NCBI RefSeq assembly: GCF_009914755.1
Contig: NC_060936.1
Length of the DNA stretch: 64,000 nucleotides
Source: the human T2T-CHM13v2.0 reference genome, Homo sapiens
Reading direction: 5' to 3' (one strand)
The position numbers and the translations under genes were made by a program. Below the pieces are notes generated by a model. It ran no database searches, was not told where the DNA came from, and was given only the letters and a program-made list of their open reading frames with translations. Positions 1 through 13,167 of this stretch are shown piece by piece (position 1 is the first letter of the stretch; every line of letters begins with the position of its first letter).

Positions 1-1519
1 CCATGCCAAACTCATTTTCCCCCGAAACTATCATGCTGTCAACCTCCTGGCATTATGGAATGGCAGCAAGGATGGATTTTCGCACTGGCAAAATTGGCAT
101 ACACCTGTCTTTCATTCAAATGACAAAAAGCAGTACAATTTTCACAAGTAGATCTGAGCCCAGGAAGCTAACACGCTCAATGGTAACAGATACAGAGATG
201 TACAATCAGGGAAACAATCCTCCCCTTCAGTGACCGTCATTCTCCAGCCTTGCTGCTCAGAGGATTTCATCTTGCCTAGACTTCTAAGAAAAGCCTGATC
301 AAAACAATAGGCTGGCACCCTCCAGTTAGTGAGGATCGAAACTGTCTTCCTGCTCTAATTTTGTCCTCCCTGTACTGAGAGGATGTGAGTCCCTGCTGTC
401 CACAAGACGTCAGCCTTCCTTTCAGCCCCTGCTGGGCTGACCCTGACTATATGGCTGGCCTATCTCGTTTCATGGACAATAAACATTCAGGACGTTGTTT
501 CAACACAGATGAAGAATGGGTGTCCTTTCCTGGATGTTTTGCCACTCCTTACAAAATCACTGCCCCCTCCAGTAATTTTCTCTTGCCCTATCTCTCTGTT
601 CTTTTTGGTTTTAACATCCTGTGAAGTCTGCCCACCTATCTACCGCCTCTAGTAAGCAAACTACATCAGGGATTCCTCAAATCTAAATCTCTTACTGATT
701 GCTCTATAGGTTCTGAAAGCCATATTGGGGATCTGTAAGCTGCAGAGCCTAAACAGCATCTCAAAATCTGATCGTTTGCGGAGGACTGGAGGACAGGTAC
801 CACCACTACCCCATGCGCCCAGTGGCAGCACTAGAATTTCTATTCAGGAGAGGTTCAGTGGCAGCAATCTGGTTGGAGAAGAAAACCAGGGGACTTGGTA
901 TAGAGTAGCATTTCCATAGCTCACACTATTTTTACTTAGTGTATATATTTCTTGAGAAGAAGGGGTGCTTCACGAAGGCTTGTTGACAGTATGGGATTAT
1001 ATGTTTCTCCCACGACACCCCTTGTCTTATTGCTGTCCCTTGAACCAGCTTAGGCACTTAGATCTCTAGGATTGAACATGGAAGGGCCCATGAAATTAAA
1101 TTCCTGGTCTGCAGTCTGGAAACAGTGTGATTCCTGCTCAGCTTCAGAGAAGGCAGAGTCCTTTGAGCACCATGCAGACTTTCCACCCTGGGAGACAGGT
1201 AGTGCCCTGGGTATCACAACTTTGAGGCTGCAAAGTCCAGTGGGCCCGGAACCCATCTGAGCAGGTTTCCTCTGCAGATGAGGCCTCTTAAGGCAATGGC
1301 TTTTCCAATCTTACACATTAGCCAAGCCAGCCAATCTCCGCTCCCTATCAGTATTAGTGATGCAGAGCCACCTTCAGCTGATTGCCATCTTTCATCTTCT
1401 GAAATGTGATTTTTAAATATGTTACATATTTCATTTGTGCAATGCCCTGGATACTGGATTGGAACACAATTGCAGCAGATTACACTATTTATTTTACATA
1501 CTTGAAGACAGAGCCTCTT

Positions 1520-1560
1520 GAACTCAATATGCAAATGCATGTGAATAATATGCAAATCTG
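1520..1560 (+). promoter_or_regulatory. Paired POU octamer motifs, candidate enhancer
   Basis: ATGCAAAT at 1529-1536 and 1550-1557; the first extends to ATGCAAATGCAT (MORE-like); repeat-free context. Confidence 0.35.
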
Positions 1561-2194
1561 TGTTTTCTGCCAAGACTCTGGCATTTTTCTTTTAATGGGA
1601 CTGTGATTCCTATTCAAGAAGGAAGAACATCTTCCTTGCATCCCCCTGCACCAATGTTCTCCCCCTCCTCCCTTCAAGGTCCTGACCAGCTTGTAACTTC
1701 ACTAAGTTTCAAAGCCCTGAAAAAATTACAGGCTCCACTGAATTCCATTTAAACCTATAATGGTCATTGTAAGGCATTGTTTAGTGCATATCTATAGATG
1801 TGCCACCAATGCAATGAGGTTCACACCATCTAACTGCCAATTTGGAATTTTATTCTTAACCTCATGGTTAAGACTGTCAGCAGTCTGCTTAATAAGTCTA
1901 AATTTAAATGTTCTCACCTACTGTACAAATGTGGCCACACAACCTTTCTAATGAAAAAAAAATGCAGTTTACAAAGCTTTTTAAAGTGAAATTTACCATG
2001 GTGCTGGCAAAAGGTGTCAGACTGGCAACTGCAAAATTGAATCCTCTATTTAGCCTTAGAATGGTGAATTATAGGTATCTTACAAATGCTGCCTGCACCA
2101 TCACCATTATGATCACCATCGTCAACACCAAAGCCACAAAAAGCCCAAGAGGTGCTCAGACCCAGAAGAAGCTACTGAAGAAGCCAATCAAATT

Positions 2195-2445
2195 CAAAAA
2201 TTATTTACCTACTATGTAAAAGGCACTCTTCTAAGTTGTCTTAAATATAAACATAAGACAAGCCTTGCCCTTTAGAAGCATACATCTAATAAAAATGATG
2301 GCAATAACTAATATTGCCTTAGCACTTCTTTTACACCAGGCACCATGCTCCATCACTCAGCCTGGGACATGTCATTTGATCCTCATGACAATCATACTTG
2401 CCCAGGATTCTACAGTTAATAAATGACGGAGGCTAAATTCAAAGA
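2195..2445 (-). mobile_element. L2 3' fragment followed by MIR fragment
   Basis: ctactatgtaaaaggcact...ccttgccctttagaagc (L2 antisense); catttgatcctcatgacaa...acttgcccagg (MIR antisense). Confidence 0.55.
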
Positions 2446-4329
2446 AACCACCCTAGTGACTCATGAATAAATAACTGTTGAAGTGAAATGAATTGAAATT
2501 TCATAGGTGAAACACAACCGTCCCAAAGAACCAAGGTGAGATCCTTAAATTAAAACCTTCTCATAATAGGTTTTCATTCAGGGCCATAATGACAGAAGGG
2601 AAGAAAAAAACCAGAAGTCCCATCTCCCAATGGCCGAGTTCTAATTTGTATTTTATGCTTACATGTCAAATCCAATATAATGTCCTTACAGTTTTCCAGT
2701 CTTGGTCCTTTTATAAAGAATATTATTTTAAAAAAACTATTTCAAATTCTCATAATGAAATATCACACAGGCTAGATTTATCCTCCCTATGCTGGGAGTG
2801 GAATAAATGAGATTCCCTAAGTGATCCAGGGGGCCAGTGAGCACCCAAGATTCCTGGATACCATAAGCTGAAACAGGGCGCAGGCCAGAATGAAACTAAA
2901 CTCCCATTGTCTCTAATCTCCAACAGCTTGCTTATTCCACTTAGCTTTGCAGAAGTGGTGGAGGTGAGGCAGAGACTGCCACCTTAGAGAAAGACACCTC
3001 TCCTTGTAAATACAAAACAGTCTCCTAAGCTTTGTGGTATATGAGAATAACACGGGGGCCTAAACTACCAACAAAAGTCCCAAGAGCTAACTGCAGCCCA
3101 CATAAATCACATCATTCCCTTGAGGACTTTGAGAGAGTGAAGGTTATCTACTTAGCCTCCTAGGAAGATATAAGATTTAAGAAACTGTAGAGAATGAATC
3201 CTATAAAGCTTGTTCTAAACGTGAATTCACCTGACTCCCTGAAAGAACATTCTCTTTCATGGAACAAGTGGGTTCAAAGCACAGAGTAAGCAGTCATCAG
3301 GGATGAGAACCTGAAGTCAGAACTGAATGATGACCTGACCAAAACCATCCCTGTGACCCCTTGAGAATCATTTAGTTAGCTCTAGATTTTGTTCAGTATT
3401 CAAATTGACTTGCTTAGCATTGATCAATGACTAGCACTTGGCCCATTATCTAAGTAAATTTGATTAAATTGTTTTGAACAGCCTTTGAATTACATCTAAA
3501 CAGCCATATTTTAGAATAGTAAACATGCTCTATTTCACCACTGTTATCAATAAAATATTCATAGGGCTTACATACACATTGATTTCTAATCATATGGCCA
3601 ACTACTGAAGAAGCATGTGTTTCTATTTTTCCTGTGCTGGTGAAAAATGATGCAGAAGACAGATAGTGGAGGGGAGGGGGTAGCAGAAAACATTAAAAAC
3701 TAATACTTCCAAAAAAGGTTTTAATAAAATAGAAAAATCCTTAAATTGTCATATCAAAGGAAAAGAACATGAAAAATTATGATTCCAAATCAAATAATCC
3801 ACATACAAAAGTAGGAAGAAATATACCAAAATATTGGATGATAAATGTTCATAAATTATTTGTTTAATCATTATTAACTAATGCCAAATCAGAAAAACTT
3901 AAGACTTGAGACCCCACAGTGACCTGGAAATCTGTGAAAAGATAGACAAACGTGAATCTCACTTTTATTTAATAGATATGTGCCTCAAAAGCTAAACATA
4001 AAACTCAAATCTATAAATGTATTCCACAGATATTTGAAAGCCATCTACTCAAAAGCACATAACTTACTATTTTAAACAATGATTTCGAAGAACTGATACA
4101 GGAAAATAAAATCAGCCAAGAATGAGCAAAAAAGGGAACTTAAAGTGACTTTTTTTAAAAAAAAAGAAGGGGGCTTGCATTTATCTGATTTATAAATGGA
4201 TGACACAGAATTATGTTCACAACTATAATAAAGAATTTAAAATATACTGTAGATATGAGCAGAAAATTCACAAAAGAGAAACCACAATGAAGAAACCTGG
4301 AAAATTGTCCGATATTACTCATAATTACA

Positions 4330-5000
4330 GAAATAAAAACACAGCGGTGGAGTGTAATTTTTACCTACCAAATCATAAAGATTTTTTATTTAGATTTTAG
4401 AGGGGGGTGGCCAAGGACATGGTGAAACACAGCACTCTCACATATTACTACAGTGAATATAAATTGATACAAACCATTTTAGAAAAGCCATTTGGCATTA
4501 CAGATCAAGAGCTTTAAAAATGTGCATACCTTTGACCCCGTAATTCAATTTCTGGGAATCTTTCCTAAAGAAATAATGTAAAATACAGGCAGAAAAAGCT
4601 TTATATACCAAAATGTTCATTGCAACATCATTTATAATAGTGAAAAATGGAAAGTAATTAAATGGCCGACAGTAAGAAGGTGGTTAAGTAAATTGTGCTA
4701 TAGCTTTATGACAGAATGCTAAGTAGCCTAAAAAAATTATGTTTACCAAGAGATTTCAATAACATAGAAAAATCTGTATGCTGTGATGCTTAATTTTAAA
4801 AAGAGCACCAAAAAACGGTGTGATTTCATCTATTTTAAAATGCATAGAAAAATGCTGGAAGGAAATAACAGAACATTAGCAGCAATTGTCTTTGTTAGAA
4901 TTCGAGTGACTTTTTTTTCTGTCAACTTTTCTATTTTTTTTCCAAATATCCCACAATGAACTTATGTTATTTTTATAATCAGAAAAAATTATTAAAGTTA
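4330..5000 (+). mobile_element. Old L1M (L1ME-like) 3' region; degraded L1 may extend upstream to about 3700
   Basis: tgtgcatacctttgaccccgtaattcaatttctgggaatctttcctaaagaaataat and aatgttcattgcaacatcatttataatag, typical L1ME ORF2-end/3'UTR. Confidence 0.75.
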
Positions 5001-5434
5001 TATGTTAAACATTGCTTAAGTATATATACCAGTCGATAGACAAAGGAAGAATAATACAACTGAAATGAGACAGAGAAACAGATTAATGGAGAATCAACCA
5101 CTTCCTGTCTCCTTTTAGGTAATGCCACTAAATTTTTAAGGCTGTGTTGTAATTTAGCAATTACTAGCATATGAAATATTTACTCCATTAGTTGGATAAA
5201 ATTAAGTGCCTAAATCTGTCTAGGGTCACATATTTCCCAGTCTTGACTGAAAGGAACCATACAATGAATCATTTTGGAAAGAATCATTTCTGTAAAGTAA
5301 GAGTCATGATCTAAGTTTGAGTTATCACATTTATTTAAAGTGCTGCACCCTCATTTGTGTGTATATAAAGGCATATGTACTTTGTGTAATTTTTGTGAAT
5401 GTGTGCACATTGTGTAAATATATATGCATGAATA

Positions 5435-5590
5435 TTAGAGCAACTAAGACTTGAATGGTTTGATTCAGTTCAACCTCCTCCTTCAACAGATGAAGAAACT
5501 GAGGTCCAAAGAAATCATGAGGTCAAAGAACTTGCTCAGGATCACTTGGCTGGCCAGTGGCAAAGCCGGTCTGAGAGGTTTTCCACTAAT
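5435..5590 (-). mobile_element. MIR
   Basis: cagatgaagaaactgaggtcc...acttgctcaggatcac, MIR core antisense. Confidence 0.7.
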
Positions 5591-7144
5591 TTATATTGCC
5601 ACATTTACACCCAGCATTATGACTGTAAGAAGCTGGAAAATTGAGATAAAGTTGCAGTAACATCCAACTCTTACCCTACGCAGGAAATAATCACTTTCAC
5701 TTTAACCATTTTGTATGTTCCTTCATTAAAGGGACTTGAAAAAGCAGTTGGAAGTATGTGGCTGAGCCCTTAGATATGTATGTGACTGTCCTGGTGGTCA
5801 CTAATATCTCAATTAGCAGAATAAACTGAAAGTAGAGGCTAAAGCACGTCTGTTTTGTTAGTGTTTTAAGATCAAAACAGGTCTTTCCAAAGTTTGAAAG
5901 GCTAAGAATTTCAGAAGTTCTTGAGAAATGACAGAAAAGTGGGTTAATAATGTAAACGGAACTCTCCAGATAATAAATATTTTACTGTTCTTGTACAACA
6001 TTAGGCTAGCTATCCCTGCTTTGCAATTCTTGCTTGCTGTGATTAGCATATGTAAAGTTTTTCAAGGTGACTTATTAAGCTTATTATCTAGGACTTTAGA
6101 AAAAGTTTTGGAATGTAGATCTTTAGATCTTTTCATGCTATGTGAGCTCCTCTAACTTCAAGTTCTAATGAGGTGTGTGTTGGCTCTTTTTTAAGAGTCC
6201 TGTGCCTATTAATCATGGTACTATGGTATGTGGCAGAGGTTAAGTCATGACTTAAAACACTTTGCAGAATAACTAAACTCCCTTTATATCTGATAGGCTT
6301 TTACCAAATACATGTGTGCATACGATAGTATATCATATATATCCTATATTAATCTATACTATTTCAACAAATTCACTATGCAAATATTTTCTACATATAC
6401 TAACTCAATGTTGATAACAAAATAGAAAATAAAGTACACAAACAGAGGATCGCAGTGTGATTTCAGAGGAGAGATTAGGTTTAACAGAAGGCTCTACCAA
6501 CGAGGAGGCTCCTTTAACTGGCAATAAACTCAAAGCTGAGAACAGCAGGATCACACCAGGGGAAATGAGTAATAGTGAGGAAGATGGGGACAGGAGTGCA
6601 GAGCTGACAAAGCGAAGGTGCAGGATGAGCTTGGCTATGACAAGTCCACGGAGGATTGTAATTAAAGATCAAGACAGCCATTTGGAATAGACTCAAGAAG
6701 AGGATAGGGTGTCCACTGAAAAGAGCAAAGCGATGGGTTAGTCCTTCAGAAGGTCTGCAGTATTACCACTGGCCAGTGAGGGCATGCAAAGCATCCAAAG
6801 GAAGCAAAAAATGGACGATTAAAGGGAACGATCATTAAGGCCATAGTAGCGCCTGTAACGTTTGAAACATGTCTCCAAAATGAATATAATGTACAACTAC
6901 ATGGCAATGATCTCCTTAAGTCACTACAAAACTCCATTCCATTTTTTAAAATAATACTCATATGATGATCTCACAGCTCTGTGGACAGTAAAGTCCTTGA
7001 AAAAGAAAAGCTCAGAATACAAAATGTGTTGGGGGATTGGGGAGGGCCTTTGGGTATTTAAACATGAAGAATATTATTGTTTTATGAGCAAGTTAATTAT
7101 ATGCAATACAGTTCACTATGTAGCAAGCACTACCGACAGAGCTA

Positions 7145-7355
7145 GTGTGGCTTTCACATGCACTAGCTGGGTGACCTTGAGTAAGCTGTTTAAACTTTCT
7201 AAGCCACAGTATTCTCATCTGTAAAATGGTAAGAATAATATCTACCTTGCAGAACTCTTGTGAGAATTAAATGAGATAATGTATGTAAAGCAACTCAGAA
7301 AGATGCCTGGAACATCTGCCCCATAATAGATACTAGTTATGATAATGATTATGAT
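7145..7355 (+). mobile_element. MIR
   Basis: actagctgggtgaccttgagtaag...ctcatctgtaaaatgg...ttgtgagaattaaatgagataatgtatgtaaagc. Confidence 0.85.
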
Positions 7356-7904
7356 GAGGATGTTACTTAAAATATTGCAAACATTCAAAATCCTCCTTCT
7401 CTCGCCCTTTTCAATTACCCTAAAAGGAAGCATCGTTCTGCCACTCCCCCTCCTACTCGCAACGCATCGATAAATGGACAAGAACTAGGAAAAGCCTGAT
7501 GTGTTAGAAAAGTTTCTCACCAACTCAGCATATTTCCTCAGAACTTCTCAGTTCAGTCAGCCTCACTCACGCGGGGAGACTAGGGCCCAGCCTAGCTAGA
7601 GCCCCACTGCAGCACCTGTCCAAATTACCCCATCACTTACTCCATTAGCACACTCTAAATAAAAGACTCCCCAGCCCTGCCCCTGCTTCACCGGTAAAGC
7701 CAAAATCTACCAATGAGCAGGCTCCAGGGAGAGAAATCTTACTGTGTGATAAAGAGCACCAGAAGAGCATCAGCTTAGAGAGACTCCCAAATCCTCCATA
7801 TTTGACAGAGTACAGATTTACACCTTTACCTAAAGAAAGGTCTCCTAAGCCTTCCACATTCTATTTCAATCTGTAGAAAATGTGGGTTCTCCCAATGAGT
7901 CGAG

Positions 7905-8050
7905 AGCCCTTAGACTCTTAGAAGTAACTAGCTATGAGATCTCAGGCAGGACACTTATCCCTCTGGGCCCTGGGATTCCCCGCTAGAAAATAAGAATGTT
8001 GTATTAGGTAATCTTAAAGGTCTTTTCTGGAAATAACAGCCTATGAATCT
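7905..8050 (+). mobile_element. MIR3/MIRc fragment
   Basis: actagctatgagatctcaggcaggacactt...ctagaaaataagaatgttgtattag. Confidence 0.5.
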
Positions 8051-8267
8051 TTAAATATCATTTTAAAAATTACATCAATAAAGCAGAAAGAGATGGATGA
8101 ATAGATATTTAGATAATGATAAATAGATGATAGATATATAATGAAAGCATGTTTTTATTGGGAAAGTCATAATAATTGAATGACTCAATGATTTCATTCT
8201 ACTAGAAAATTTTATATCCTGGGCCCAGATTATCTTAATAACTTGGTCCTTATTGTCTACCCTCCCA

Positions 8268-8323
8268 ATATGTAACTAACCTGTACATTCTGCACATGTA
8301 CCCTAAAACTTAAAGTATAATAA

Positions 8324-8362
<39 letters not shown>

Positions 8363-8366
8363 AAAA
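8268..8366 (+). mobile_element. Extremely 5'-truncated L1PA 3' end with (TAAA)n tail
   Basis: atatgtaactaacctgtacattctgcacatgtaccctaaaacttaaagtataataat matches the primate L1PA terminus. Confidence 0.9.
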
Positions 8367-8619
8367 GAAAGGGCTACCTTTATACAGCACTAGCTCTATC
8401 AACAAGGCTTATTGTTAATGAGGAAAAGAGAGGTGGAAAAGAAACAATGACAGTGAATATAGACAGGGGTTAAGTGTGTTACTCTCCTCTTTCTAAGCAA
8501 AACAAATCCACAGGCTGCAAATGGGAACTATTAGGGTCTGACACTGATCTGGAGGGGTTTTCCGAGTCATTATTTCTATCTAGCTTCTTATATTATTGAT
8601 TAATAGAACTAGGGAAATA

Positions 8620-8810
8620 ATAATGTCATTTATTGAGAATTTAAGTATGTGCCAGCCACTATGCTGTGTGATTTACACATATAACTGCATTTAATAATCA
8701 AAGCAGAGACAAGTTACTAGCCAAAGACCACACAACTAATAAATGGCAGAGTAAGGATTTGAACCCAGGCTTGCCTGATTCTCAGGCTAGTGCTTTTAAC
8801 CACAGGCACT
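8620..8810 (-). mobile_element. MIR
   Basis: catttattgagaattt...tatgtgccagccactatgct...ggatttgaacccagg. Confidence 0.75.
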
Positions 8811-8964
8811 TCTCTTAGTTGACATTGTATGACCACTATGTGGCCAGATCATCCCACTTGCTGGATGTGGGAGAATGCAAGAGGAAGAACACAAGTGTGG
8901 TTCTTCCTTGTCTGCCTGTTACATTTCCTGGCACATTCTCTAGTGCAAAAAATGACGACAACTG

Positions 8965-9266
<302 letters not shown>

Positions 9267-9304
9267 CTATTACTACTACCACTATTACAACTACTACCAC
9301 TACC

Positions 9305-9460
9305 AATTACTGAGAATTATGTTTTGTCAGATACTGTGCTTGGTTTCCATAAGAATTCCTTTCCCCATTTTACAGATGAGAAAACTTGAAATTCTAAGAG
9401 GCCAATAAGTCAGGTCAATCTAGCTTATAAACCGGAGATAAATTTAGAACCTAACACTGT
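9305..9460 (-). mobile_element. MIR
   Basis: ccccattttacagatgagaaaacttga. Confidence 0.6.
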
Positions 9461-10526
9461 CTTACACAACTCAAAATATATTATGAAAGATTTGAATTCT
9501 GGAATCAAGACCACATTAATTAAATTAACATAGGAGACTAACTTGTGCAAAGCCCCCTATTGTTTTGAAGTCAAAAAAACAAAAACAAAAACAAACAAAC
9601 GAAAGAAAGAAAACAAAGCACACAGCTTCTTTAAATTGGAAAAACAGCCCTTAAAGAAAAAAAAAAGACTGGGTAATGTTCAATAAAAATAAGACAAGAC
9701 ACTATGATCTGGCAAAAGGAAGTGGGTCAGTGTCAAGTTGAAGAGTGTTTAATCGTAGGGCAATCGGGGAGGTACCTTATGTAAGCCATGTTCAACCCAA
9801 ATGAAAATGAAAATAGGCAGCAATGTCCAGAGGGGTGTTGTCTCCTCTTGGCCCAGGCATTTTTGTTAGGCACACAGCATAGTAGTAAAAAGTAACTGAC
9901 ACACATTAAGGAACACATTAACATTAAATTTGATTATTTCCTATGTCAAAATAATAATTTAAACCAAATAATTCATTGTAATTAAATAAGTCAAAGGGGG
10001 ACATTGCCAACTATCCACTTCCTGTTAGCTAGCATACACAAAGAAGAGCATGTTAAGATGTTGGAAACTTTTCTTATTTTGTCTGATACTAAAACCTATG
10101 AAGACGTAGCTATGGCCATGCTTTTTTTAGAGAAATCCACAGATGTGCTTTATAGAAGACAGTATATGTACAAATTTTTTTAATTGAGGAATAATTTCAC
10201 CATAGTCTTTGAGTCTATGATGATCTCACATGCTATATCTCTAAGCTGTATAACAGCCTTATATCCTACCAGCTCCCCTAAAGGACACCCACATATTATT
10301 CATAGGCTCCAAACAGGCATATTTTACCACTCCCATGTGGTTTTCATGATGTTCCCATCTTAGGATGATCTTTCTCTTTCTCTGTTTGTTAAATCTATTC
10401 ATATTTCAAGAACACTCTCAAATATCCTTCCTCTACAAGTTCTTTTCATATCAACTCAAGAAAATATAAGCAGCTTAGAGCTTCCCTTCTTCATCATTGT
10501 GGAATATACATATAAAAAGTTAATAA

Positions 10527-10823
<297 letters not shown>

Positions 10824-11796
10824 GTTAATAAAACATTTATGCACATTGTTCCAAATTCTGAAGCAAATACTTCCATAACTATCACCCAGATTAAAGAATC
10901 CATAAGCGTCCAAAAATGTCCCTGTGTGCCCTTCCCATATTATAACCTTCTCCCTCACCAGTGCAGGAAACCCCCATTGAGTACTATAATCATATTCTGA
11001 GTATTATCATCGTATTCTTCCTTTTCTTTGTAATTTTCACATAATGACACATCCCTAAACAGTATGTTCAGTTGTTTGTTTTAGAACATTACGTGGATAG
11101 AATCACTTAGAATCATACCATATGTATTATTTCCCCTCTTGCTTCTTTTACTCTATAGCATACTTCTGAGATTTGGCCATGTTGTTGGGAGCAGCTGCGG
11201 TTCATTTACCTTAATTGCTATGTACTGTTCCACTTTATGATTAAACTTCAACTTCTTTATCTACATTAGAATGTAGATAAGACCTTTGGGTTGATTCCAA
11301 CTTGGGGCAATTCTGACATGTCTATTCTTGTCCAAGAATCCTAGTACAATAATAACTGAAGTTCTCTAAGATTCAAATTTAATAGATAACGCCAAACAAT
11401 TTTTTCAAATTGGGCCAATTAAATTTCCACAAGCAGTGTAGAAGTATTCCTCTTCTACATTCTCACCAACATTCAGTATTGCCAAGTTTAAACAATGTTT
11501 TAACCAATCAGTTGAGTATATATCGGCAATTTATAGTGGTTTTCATTTGCATTCCTTTGCTTCCTAATGAGGTTGAACATCTTTTCATATGTTTATTGGC
11601 CACTTAGACATCTTCTTCTGGGAAAGGCCTATTTGTCCACTTTACCACTGATTTATCTTTTTTATTATTACTCATTTATACAAGAATATTCATTTCTTTA
11701 TACATTATGGATACTTTAAACAGATATAAATGAATATAACTTAAAGAAACTACCCTGTATATATTTTGGATATATATTTCTTTATAAAATCTAAAT

Positions 11797-11955
11797 CAGT
11801 GTTGTCTATCTAATATGGTATCCAGTAGCCACTTGTGGCTATTGAGCATTTGAAATGTGGCTAGTGAGAATAAAGAAGCATTTTTTAAATTAAATTAAAC
11901 CTAATTTAATTTAAATAGGCGTATGTAATACTGGCTACCGTCTTAGACAGTATAA
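11797..11955. mobile_element. MER3 (hAT-Charlie MITE)
   Basis: tagccacttgtggctattgagcatttgaaatgtggctagt...ggctaccgtcttagacag. Confidence 0.8.
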
Positions 11956-12864
11956 CAGTAAATATGAGTCTTGTCAGCTACGTATCTTATAAATATATTT
12001 TCCCACTCTGTGATCTGTTTTTTCATTATCTTTTTGGTATAATTTGACAAATAAAAGACTTTAAGTTTAATATAGTTGAATTTATCAATCTCATCTTTTA
12101 TTTTTAGAAGTATTTTGCTTTATACACAAAAAATTTCCCTACTCCAACTTCAAGTTCATGAGATATTCCTATAGTCTCTGTATTTTACCTTTCACATTTA
12201 TATCTCAAATAAATTTTTGTATATGCTGTGAGGTGAGAAATGTATTTTTTATACAGATATCAAATTTTTTCAGCATTAGTTATTAAAAAGTCTATCTTTT
12301 TCCACCAATCTGCCATGCCCTTCTATTATTTATCAAGTGACTATAAAAGTGGGGCTCTGTTTTGGAAGTTTTCTATTCCATTTCATTGATATATTTGTAT
12401 ACCCTTGCAAAAATGTTACACCATTCATCTTTAAAATAATCCAATCTGATAATTATTTTTTAATTGGAGCAATTTTAGTTAATGTAATGTAAAATAAATC
12501 TTGATATCTGGTAAAGCAATTTTTCCCATCGTATTCTTTCTCTTTAAGTGTCTTAGCTGTTTGCAATTTCAAGTTAATTTTACAATCTATTTGTTAAATT
12601 CTGAAAAAAAATCTGCCGCATATTAATTTCAATTAAATTGAATCTTACATCGTTTAGGGGGCAAGTTAATAATTTTAAAATGCAGTTTTTCAGTATGTAA
12701 ATATAGCATTTCCTTTCATCTACTTCAATTCATAATGCTTTACATTATTTTTTGGTCTTTGCAGATACATTTTAAAAAATGAACCAAAAAAACAAAACAA
12801 AAAACTAAGGATTATCATCTCTTTTTTCATTTTCTGAAGAGTTTGTGTAAGAGTATACTTTTTC

Positions 12865-13167
12865 GCCGGGCATGGTGGCTCATGCCGATAATCCTAGCAC
12901 TTTGGGAGGCCAAGGTGGGCAGATTACCTGAGGTCGAGAATTCGAGACCAGCCTGGCCAACCTAGTGAAACCCCGTCTCTACTGAAAATACAAAAATTAG
13001 CCAGGTGTGGTGGCCTGCGCCTGTAATCTCACCTACTCAGAAGGCTGAGGCAGGAGAATCGCTTGAACCCGGGAGGCTGAGGTTGCAGTGAGCTGAGATC
13101 AGCCATTGCACTCCAACCTGGGCCACAAGAGCAAGACTCCCTCTCAAATAATAATAAAAATAATAAT
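12865..13167 (+). mobile_element. Alu (AluSq-like) inside L1
   Basis: Alu dimer ending caagagcaagactccctctc with (AAT)n tail. Confidence 0.95.

Noticed and set aside
7641-7654. 14-nt minus-strand AG...GTAAGT cassette
   Set aside because: Short pyrimidine tract, frameshifting, no other support; shows the chance rate of such motifs
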